A DNA stretch of 64,000 nt from Psilocybe cubensis (Eukaryota). Under the pieces are notes generated by a model. It worked only from the letters and a program-made list of their open reading frames with translations, did not search any database and was not told the origin of the DNA. The translations under genes were made by a program, and so were the position numbers. Shown here in pieces: positions 1 through 7,586 of this stretch. Positions within the stretch are counted from its first letter, which is position 1. Each line of letters begins with the position of its first letter. The stretch spans positions 868,001 to 932,000 of the forward strand of contig CM039005.1 of NCBI GenBank assembly GCA_017499595.2. The letters run 5' to 3'.

Positions 1-824
1 AACTCTACAATTTGGAATAAAATGCTAATCGATGGATGTGATATACACTCTAGTTCTCCAGTGATTCATTCGGTTAGCTCATCTACCATTTTTCCATGCC
101 TGAATTCGCTGAACTTTTAAAATTTTGCTCAACCTTTAGAGGTGAGGGATGATTCCTTCGACGATAGCTCCTGTACTCAACTCTGACCCGATTAACACTC
201 TAGGAATACTACAAATCCGACAACGTTATTTTTAATGTAGCTCATATCAAAGAATGCTACTTGGATGACAATAATTTTTGCATTGCATCCTTGTCTGACA
301 CATTTGTGGCTCAAAGTGAGGGATTCCTTCGAGAACTTTGGATCTAGCCACAATAACAAACTTTCCATAGCGGACTATAGGGATATGGAGGAGGAGATGC
401 CGTGAGTTTTCGTCCATTGACCCCTACCCATTCGCCTGTAATGTTCCATTACCCTCTTAGATCCTGCGACGGCTACATCATTCTCTACTCCATCGCATCC
501 AGGTCATCCTTTCAAGAGGTCTCAAGGATCTGTCGACAAATACCACTGAATGGCCGACAAGACCCAAATCTCATGCTCATCCTAGCCGGAACAAAATCAG
601 ATCTGAAATCTTCGCGACAGGTCAGCACCGAGGAGGGCCTCGCTCTAGCCAAGGAGCTCGGATGTGAAGCATTCTTTGAGACATCGGCCAAGTCTGGAGA
701 AAACGTTGACGCCGTTGTTTTATCCATGGTTCAGGCTCTTCGCAGGGCCGCCGCGTCTCGAGATATGGATATGATGGCACCATTTAGGATGATGCGGAAT
801 CTATTTCGAGGGGAGAAATCATGA
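1..824 (+). CDS. Atypical Ras-superfamily small GTPase (spliced; 5' end uncertain and possibly outside the window)
   Basis: Last exon (about 461-824) encodes DGYIILYSIASRSSF, LILAGTKSDL (G4-like) and FFETSAKSGENV (G5). Upstream exons are bounded by GTGAG donors at 142, 316 and 402. The G3 position reads DTFVAQ and there is no C-terminal CAAX. Confidence 0.7.
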
Positions 825-1160
825 TACTGTTGCAGCCCGTGGTTGCTTGCATGGTGCGGAGATGTATCACTACAGGTGGAGAGTTTATCTGAGCTTTCAT
901 TAATTATTCATTTTTTCTACGGGATTCAGTGTTAATCAGAATTTTATTAGGGCAAATCTTTAAGGGTATTACACGCACATACACGGCGTAATGAACGATT
1001 TATGTACATCAGTTACTACATGACTAAAACATTGATCATATGCACGAGTGAGCGTTTAATGGGAACGATGTGTTGAAGATCGACCATGACAGAGGGGCAT
1101 CAAACTTTCAGCTGCTGTACGTAGTTTTACATGACAGTTCCCAGGCACGGTTTCCCCCAA

Positions 1161-1333
1161 TGTTAGAGTTCCCTCTAACGTAGACACACACACGTGCCTG
1201 TAGTCACATATCACACAGTATTTGTAGACACACCCGTAGCTACGTAGCCTCAGTTCCTTCTTTGTTAGCACACCCAACACGTTCTGGTCCTTCGTCTCTC
1301 TCTCCCGCCTCGTCTCCGGGTCTCCTCCTAACA
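1161..1333 (+). repeat. 5' LTR
   Basis: 173 bp with TG...CA ends and a 6-bp terminal inverted repeat; identical by eye to 7414-7586. Confidence 0.97.
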
Positions 1334-1880
1334 TCAAGAAGGAACTCTAACACATTCAAAACATCCTCTCTCATCGCCTTTTGGCATTTCAATACCACCG
1401 TTTCCCAAACTGCCTGGACTACCTCGTTCCCCTTCGATCCTGCCCATCCAGCAGGATATCGAAGCCTGTACCGACACTTGTGACCGCTACTCTTGGCAAT
1501 TATTTTTTTTGCAAAGAGACCTCTTGTTGCACGAAGAAACCCTGCGTATTGCTTCCAACCAGGGTGCATCTTTTGATACCCTTCGGCGACTTACTGCTGC
1601 TGTTATAGACTGTCAACGGTCAATCTCACATACCAGAGACCTTCTCGCTTCCGCTGAAAGACAGTTGCGTTACCTACACGACCAGGCTGATCGCGTTCGC
1701 GACCTACAAGATTGTCTGGCTACTCTGTCTCGCCGCATTGATAATCTGGCTTTTACCACCTCTCTTAGCCCTGCTATTTTGTCTGGACTTCACGCCCGCC
1801 TTGACGATATTCTCAGCTCTCCTCTCTTCTCCAGGTCCTCTACCCCAGACAGCTTACCTGACCTTGAACCCTCCGATTAG
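1332..1880 (+). CDS. AUG-less open frame (ORF0) upstream of gag, helical/coiled-coil-like
   Basis: Stop-free frame from just after TAA 1329-1331 to TAG 1878-1880 with no ATG. It includes the track ORF 1509..1880 and has a Leu/Arg/Asp-rich, heptad-like sequence. Confidence 0.45.
   Translation, partial: HQEGTLTHSKHPLSSPFGISIPPFPKLPGLPRSPSILPIQQDIEACTDTCDRYSWQLFFLQRDLLLHEETLRIASNQGASFDTLRRLTAAVIDCQRSISHTRDLLASAERQLRYLHDQADRVRDLQDCLATLSRRIDNLAFTTSLSPAILSGLHARLDDILSSPLFSRSSTPDSLPDLEPSD
1336..1346 (+). promoter_or_regulatory. Primer-binding site of self-priming type
   Basis: AAGAAGGAACT, 2 nt after the LTR end, is the exact reverse complement of LTR 1252-1262 (AGTTCCTTCTT). There is no TGG start, which a PBS for a tRNA 3'-CCA would have. 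Confidence 0.7.
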
Positions 1881-1976
1881 AAGCGCATATATTCACCCTT
1901 TTGGCGCATACACCCACCCTCTCTGTTTTTTTCTCTTTCCTTTTTTTAATTCGCTTCTCGCTTATCGTTTGCACTC

Positions 1977-3161
1977 ATGCCTCCCGGAAAAAGTAAAGGT
2001 CGTTCGGTCTCCCCCCGTCGTGGTCGTGACGGTAGTGATGACGACACTGTGTCCCGAATTGACCCTGCCATTATCGCTCTCATTAAGGCTAGCCAGGAAT
2101 CCAATAAAGAAACTATGAAAGATATTCTCGAACTGTCGCGTATACAAGCCGAAACTATGTTCAAATCATTCCTCGCGTTACCCCAACTCCAAACCTCTAC
2201 CCACTCCTCTGCGACTACCTCTACCGCCCGCTCTGGTGATTCACGCGCTTATAAGGTGCCCTTTCCAGGTGCCTTCGACGGCTCCTCTGATACTGTCGAA
2301 GACTTGCTGGCCTCATGGCGTAACTTTTTTCACTCCGACCCCGAAGCATACAAAACCACTGATTCCAAAGTACGCACCGCTCTCAGTTCTTTCAAGACCG
2401 GCACGCCCGCTGTCTGGCGTAACCAGCTCATTGAAGAGCTAGAGTCTGGGCAATGCGTCTTAACCAACTGGTCCGACTTTGAGGAGCGCGTGAAAGACTC
2501 CTTCCTGTTCCATTTCTCGCAACAACGCGCGGCACGCGAGATCATGTGCATCCGTCAGAACTCCACGCCCACTCAAGAGTTCATTATTATCTTCGAGAAC
2601 CTTGCCTTTCGCTCCAAGTTTAACGACGAAGCGTTGATCCAATGCTTCAAAATGGCCTTGGATAAGCGTATTATGGAGGAGATTGGACGAACACACCGTG
2701 AGATGCCCACATTCGCGGAATGGAAGAGTGCCGCAATCTTGATGGCTCACAGACTGCGTGAGACTGATGCCACGGTGACTCCGGTCGTCAACACCACCGC
2801 CACCTGGCGTCCTCCCCCTTCTTTCACCTCCACCCCTTCCACTGTTCAAAAGTCTAGCAACCCCCGCCCCGCTGCTCCTGCCCCCAACGCGACTCTACCT
2901 GCAAACATCTCCGCTGCTCCGAATCGACGTGCCGCCCTGCCCTGCTTTAACTGCGGCGTATTTGGCCACTTCATGCGAGTCTGCCCCAAACCCAAAGATC
3001 TCGAATTCCAACGCAAATCACGCGCAAAACTGGAACGAGCTCGGGCCGTCCTCGAGTGCTTTGATGCTTTGCCTGATGACGACAAGCATGAGATTCGATG
3101 CGTTGATGTTGACGAAAGTGCCTTGTTTGATGATTCGGATTTTGTTTCTTGCGTCGAGTGA
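1977..3161 (+). CDS. gag: Retrotransposon Gag
   Basis: 394-aa ORF with a retrotransposon capsid-like region (PGAFDGSSD...NWSDFEERVKDSF) and zinc knuckle CFNCGVFGHFMRVC (CX2CX4HX4C). Confidence 0.95.
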   Translation: MPPGKSKGRSVSPRRGRDGSDDDTVSRIDPAIIALIKASQESNKETMKDILELSRIQAETMFKSFLALPQLQTSTHSSATTSTARSGDSRAYKVPFPGAFDGSSDTVEDLLASWRNFFHSDPEAYKTTDSKVRTALSSFKTGTPAVWRNQLIEELESGQCVLTNWSDFEERVKDSFLFHFSQQRAAREIMCIRQNSTPTQEFIIIFENLAFRSKFNDEALIQCFKMALDKRIMEEIGRTHREMPTFAEWKSAAILMAHRLRETDATVTPVVNTTATWRPPPSFTSTPSTVQKSSNPRPAAPAPNATLPANISAAPNRRAALPCFNCGVFGHFMRVCPKPKDLEFQRKSRAKLERARAVLECFDALPDDDKHEIRCVDVDESALFDDSDFVSCVE

Positions 3162-6100
3162 GTAGTACGTCCTCGCCGCTTCTGTACAACAACCCTGTAA
3201 TTACTCCCAAATTGCATGTTGCATTGTCTCCAAAATCCGTACCTCTGCCCGTGTTACCTGTTTACGCGACCCCTCAACCTTCATTATCCAATTCTGTATT
3301 GACTCCTGACAAGCCCTCTTCTTCAACAACATCACCCAACTCCGACTACCCGACACCAACACTCCTGCCCGCGCACCCACAACCTCCAACTATGGCACCC
3401 GATTGCATTCCATATTCAGACCTCTTTTTATCCTGTCCTGAGGATGATCCACCAGAGCTGCAAGCCCCAGATGCCTCTGATGATTCGGATGAAGATTCGC
3501 CAACCAAGCCTGCTCAACAAACCTCCGCCCACGATGATGCATCTGTCTCTATGACACACGATGCAAGTCCACCACCGGCCCCACGCGACTCTCTACTTTG
3601 CAGCCCGCCCGTCGCTGACCACACAGACTGCCCGCCTTCAATCCCTACACCTGTCCGCACCGTCCTGTGCAACTTGCGCCGATTACGCAGCACGCCTTGG
3701 CGAACCGAGAGCCTGCTCAAATCCTGGGCCCCAAAGGAGCGTTGGGACGACATTGACGATGATCTGATTGCTGCTCTTTGCGATCTCCCCTGGACCGACG
3801 CCGCCAAAGTCCTCCAGCAGCTCAAGAAGCCCCGCGACTACATCTCCCGCATGGGGAGTAAATGCCTTGACATTCCAATGTCGGCTGCACCCCCAGGCTC
3901 GACCTCTTTGGTGTCGCTGAAAGCGCTCTTAGACAGCGGTGCCACTGGTTGTTACGTGCACTCCGATTTTGTCAAACTCAATGGATGGGTGACTGAGCGG
4001 CTGCCCCACCCCGTTAGCGTTTACAATGCAGACGGAACTCGCAATGCCAACGGTGCTATCACAGATGTTGTTTACCTTGTCATCCGCATTGAAAACCATG
4101 TTGAGCGACTCCGCCTTTCAGTCACCAACACGGGATCATCTTCCCTCATCCTCGGGCACTCCTGGCTCTGGTTCCATAATCCGCTTGTTGACTGGCGAGA
4201 GGCCAAGCTCTGCTTTGCACGCTGCCCCACGTCCTGTGGTGCTGACGTGCTGCCGACTTCGCACCCTGATGGCGAAACCGTGAATGTTTGCCGCGAAGGA
4301 CCCCAGCTCCGTGAAGACGACATCTTTGATGACAGCCCGGGCCCCTTCACGCCGGTCTCTGCTGCGGAATGGGCTGACGCCTTTGCTGGTGAACTTGCCG
4401 ATGGTGAATCGATGTGCGCGGTTGACCTCAATGAGTTCACGTCCGAACAAGTCCATGGCTCATGCGACCACCGCATTTCTCACTTTTTGCGAACTCAACG
4501 TGAAGCAGCTTCATATCCCGACCGCTACCTGAAGGAATTTGCACCTGTTTTCTCCAAAGAGGAGTTTGACGAGCTCCCACCCCGTCGCCCATGGGATCAT
4601 GCTATTAACCTGAAACCAGATGCAAAGTCGTTCAAAGCAAAGCCGTACCGTCTGTCGCCCGCTGAAACCTCGAAGGTCAAGGAATGGATAGAAGAGGAAA
4701 AACGCACTGGCCGTATACGGGACTCCATCTCTCCCTATGCCGCCCCTTTCTTCTTCATCCAGAAAAAGGATGGCTCACTGCGCCCTGTGCAAGACTACCG
4801 ACGCCTGAACGATATCACGATCAAGAACCGCTATCCATTGCCGCTCATCTCTGACCTCATGGACAAGCTTAAAGGCGCGAAAGTATTCACCAAACTTGAC
4901 GTCCGCTGGGGTTTCAATAACATTCGTATCAGGGAAGGCGATGAGCACAAGGCTGCCTTTATCACGGAGTTTGGACTTTTTGAGCCTCTTGTAATGTTCT
5001 TTGGATTGACAAACTCACCAGCTACCTTCCAGAATATGATGAACGATCTGTTCAAGGATCTCATTGCTGGCGGCCATGTCGTGATATATATGGATGACAT
5101 CCTCATCTTCACTGATGATGTCCAGTCCCATCGACATCTTGTCCGCAATGTCTTGCAGATTCTGGAGGACAACAAGCTTTATCTGCGGCCAGAAAAGTGC
5201 TGTTTTGAGCAGGACCGTGTGGAATACTTGGGCGTCATTGTCGGCCACGGGAAAATGTCCATGGATCCCAAGAAAGTTGACGCTATCACCTCTTGGCCAA
5301 TCCCGCGCTGTCGTAAGGACGTCCAACAGTTCCTCGGTTTCGTCAACTTCTACCGTAGGTTTATCAAGAACTTCTCCCGCATTGCCGCTCCCCTGCATGC
5401 CCTGGGTGGTTCGGCGCCTTGGGTATGGGACAATTTGTCAACATCCGCCTTCAACGAGCTCAAATCCGCCTGCGCTTCACACCCGGTGCTACTTCTTCCC
5501 CGCGACGGTGCCCCATTCCGCATAGAGGCAGACAGCTCTGGATACGCAACCGGCGCGGTGCTCAGCCAATTTGTTGACAATTCCTGGCAACCGGTCGCGT
5601 TTGCTTCAAAAGCCCTCAGTCCCGTTGAGCGCAACTACGAGATACATGACCGCGAACTACTGTCAATCATGAGGTCTCTCGATGACTGGCGACGCTACCT
5701 CCACGGCTCCGATTCTCCTGTTGAGATCCACACCGATCACAAGAACCTTCAGTATTTCATGACCGCTCAGAAATTGAACCGTCGTCAGGCTCGCTGGTCC
5801 CTGCAGCTCGCTGAATTCGATTTCGTACTCGTCCACAAGCCAGGCCCGACCATGATCTGCGCAGACTCGTTGTCCCGCCGCCCCGACTACGATAAAGGTG
5901 TTGGCGACAACGAAAACGTCACCTTACTGCGCCCAGAACACATTCGACGTACTGCTGAATGCTCAATTGGGGATGACCCCGTCCTGGCTGACATTCGAAC
6001 TCACCAGCACCAAATCACTGAAATGTGGGAAAAGCACAAGAACCTGCCTGGCTGGTCCCTCCACGACGGCTTGCTTTCATGGCATAACCGAATCTTTGTG

Positions 6101-7402
6101 CCAAACAAAGGCAACTTGCGTCAACGAATACTCGCCGACTGTCATGATCACCAATCCGTAGGCCACCCTGGCCGGATGAAGACCATGGAACTCGTCCTGC
6201 GCGACTATTGGTGGCCGTCACTATCAAAAGACGCGAAGCGTTACGTTGATGGATGCCCCACCTGTCAATCAACTAAGCCTCTGAGGATGGCGCCCGCGGG
6301 CCTACTGACCCCCAACGAAATCCCTTCCTCCAATTGGGAGATCATTTCCTGTGATCTCATCGTGGACTTACCTAAATCTCGCGGCTTCGATTCGATCTTT
6401 GTCGTCGTCGATAGACTCTCAAAAATGGTTCGTATCATCCCATGCAAAAAGTCAATCACTTCTGAGGGTCTCGCGCGCCTCTTCCGCGACCATGTCTGGA
6501 AAGACTTCGGACTGCCACGACGCATCATCTCCGACCGTGGTTCAATCTTCCTGTCAAACTTTACTCGGGCCCTCAACGACCTGCTAGGCATTTCACAGAA
6601 CGCGTCCACCGCATTTCGACCTCAAACAGACGGACAAACTGAGCGCGTCAATCAAGAAATCGAACAATACCTACGGATCTTTGTGAATAACAGGCAAAAT
6701 GATTGGGTGGAATGGCTTGCATGCGCCGAATTTGCTATCAACAATAAGATTCACTCGTCCACTGGCTTCTCGCCCTTCTTCCTAAACTATGGCTCCAACC
6801 CCCGCCGAACCCTGCAACCCGCACGCCTCTCGGACGACCGTGTCCCCAAAGCTCTTGAATTCGCCTCTCAAATGGATTCCCTCGCGAAGGAATCCGCTTC
6901 AGCGCTAAACCTCGCCGCTGATGCAATGAAGCGATCCTATGACACCTCTCACCGCGCTCCACCCGTCTTCAATGTTGGCGACATGGTGATGCTCAGCGCC
7001 TCCGACATCAAGTCCTCACGTCCGTCTAAAAAGCTCGATGTTAAGCGTCACGGACCTTTTCCTGTGACGAAACGCGTTGGCATCCAGTCTTACACCCTCG
7101 ACCTACCGGCCTCGTGGTCGATCCACCCTACTTTCCATGTCTCTAAACTCTCCCGTTTCATACCAGCAGAATTCGATTCCCAAACTTCACCCGCGACACC
7201 AACACCTCCCCCCGCGTTACCACCCCCAGACATTGCAAGTGTGCTCGGCCACAGGGCCCTGCGCAGTGGAACACAGTTCCTCGTGCTGCTCGATGGCTGC
7301 ACAGAGGAAGACGCTTCGTGGTCAAGCCACTCATCCTTCCCTAACTCTGAAGTACTAAACAATTACATACGCCTCCACAACATCCCGGACGCCCACCTTT
7401 AA
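3134..7402 (+). CDS. pol: Retrotransposon Pol (protease, RT, RNase H, integrase, degenerate chromodomain) in the -1 frame relative to gag
   Basis: LLDSGATG (aspartic protease), YMDD (RT), EADSSGYATGAVLSQ and NYEIHDRELL (RNase H), HHCC zinc finger, ISDRG and QTDGQTER (integrase), HGPF motif, C-terminal chromo-like segment. The frame opens at 3134 after TGA 3131-3133. Confidence 0.96.
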   Translation, partial: FGFCFLRRVSSTSSPLLYNNPVITPKLHVALSPKSVPLPVLPVYATPQPSLSNSVLTPDKPSSSTTSPNSDYPTPTLLPAHPQPPTMAPDCIPYSDLFLSCPEDDPPELQAPDASDDSDEDSPTKPAQQTSAHDDASVSMTHDASPPPAPRDSLLCSPPVADHTDCPPSIPTPVRTVLCNLRRLRSTPWRTESLLKSWAPKERWDDIDDDLIAALCDLPWTDAAKVLQQLKKPRDYISRMGSKCLDIPMSAAPPGSTSLVSLKALLDSGATGCYVHSDFVKLNGWVTERLPHPVSVYNADGTRNANGAITDVVYLVIRIENHVERLRLSVTNTGSSSLILGHSWLWFHNPLVDWREAKLCFARCPTSCGADVLPTSHPDGETVNVCREGPQLREDDIFDDSPGPFTPVSAAEWADAFAGELADGESMCAVDLNEFTSEQVHGSCDHRISHFLRTQREAASYPDRYLKEFAPVFSKEEFDELPPRRPWDHAINLKPDAKSFKAKPYRLSPAETSKVKEWIEEEKRTGRIRDSISPYAAPFFFIQKKDGSLRPVQDYRRLNDITIKNRYPLPLISDLMDKLKGAKVFTKLDVRWGFNNIRIREGDEHKAAFITEFGLFEPLVMFFGLTNSPATFQNMMNDLFKDLIAGGHVVIYMDDILIFTDDVQSHRHLVRNVLQILEDNKLYLRPEKCCFEQDRVEYLGVIVGHGKMSMDPKKVDAITSWPIPRCRKDVQQFLGFVNFYRRFIKNFSRIAAPLHALGGSAPWVWDNLSTSAFNELKSACASHPVLLLPRDGAPFRIEADSSGYATGAVLSQFVDNSWQPVAFASKALSPVERNYEIHDRELLSIMRSLDDWRRYLHGSDSPVEIHTDHKNLQYFMTAQKLNRRQARWSLQLAEFDFVLVHKPGPTMICADSLSRRPDYDKGVGDNENVTLLRPEHIRRTAECSIGDDPVLADIRTHQHQITEMWEKHKNLPGWSLHDGLLSWHNRIFVPNKGNLRQRILADCHDHQSVGHPGRMKTMELVLRDYWWPSLSKDAKRYVDGCPTCQSTKPLRMAPAGLLTPNEIPSSNWEIISCDLIVDLPKSRGFDSIFVVVDRLSKMVRIIPCKKSITSEGLARLFRDHVWKDFGLPRRIISDRGSIFLSNFTRALNDLLGISQNASTAFRPQTDGQTERVNQEIEQYLRIFVNNRQNDWVEWLACAEFAINNKIHSSTGFSPFFLNYGSNPRRTLQPARLSDDRVPKALEFASQMDSLAKESASALNLAADAMKRSYDTSHRAPPVFNVGDMVMLSASDIKSSRPSKKLDVKRHGPFPVTKRVGIQSYTLDLPASWSIHPTFHVSKLSRFIPAEFDSQTSPATPTPPPALPPPDIASVLGHRALRSGTQFLVLLDGCTEEDASWSSHSSFPNSEVLNNYIRLHNIPDAHL

Positions 7403-7410
7403 GAGGGGGG
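7401..7410 (+). promoter_or_regulatory. Polypurine tract
   Basis: AAGAGGGGGG, 3 nt upstream of the 3' LTR. Confidence 0.9.
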
Positions 7411-7413
7411 TGA

Positions 7414-7586
7414 TGTTAGAGTTCCCTCTAACGTAGACACACACACGTGCCTGTAGTCACATATCACACAGTATTTGTAGACACACCCGTAGCTACGTAG
7501 CCTCAGTTCCTTCTTTGTTAGCACACCCAACACGTTCTGGTCCTTCGTCTCTCTCTCCCGCCTCGTCTCCGGGTCTCCTCCTAACA
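7414..7586 (+). repeat. 3' LTR
   Basis: 173-bp copy of 1161-1333, followed by TSD CCCAA. Confidence 0.97.

Larger units (their letters stand above)
1161..7586 (+). mobile_element. Full-length Ty3/Gypsy (chromovirus-like) LTR retrotransposon
   Basis: Two 173-bp LTRs (TGTTAG...CTAACA), 5-bp TSD CCCAA at 1156-1160 and 7587-7591, polypurine tract at 7401-7410, and uninterrupted gag and pol with PR-RT-RH-IN order. Confidence 0.98.

Noticed and set aside
1056-1337. Near-identical minus-strand ORFs at 1056..1337 and 7399..7707
   Set aside because: They are antisense readings of the two LTR copies, with non-ATG starts and different flanks.
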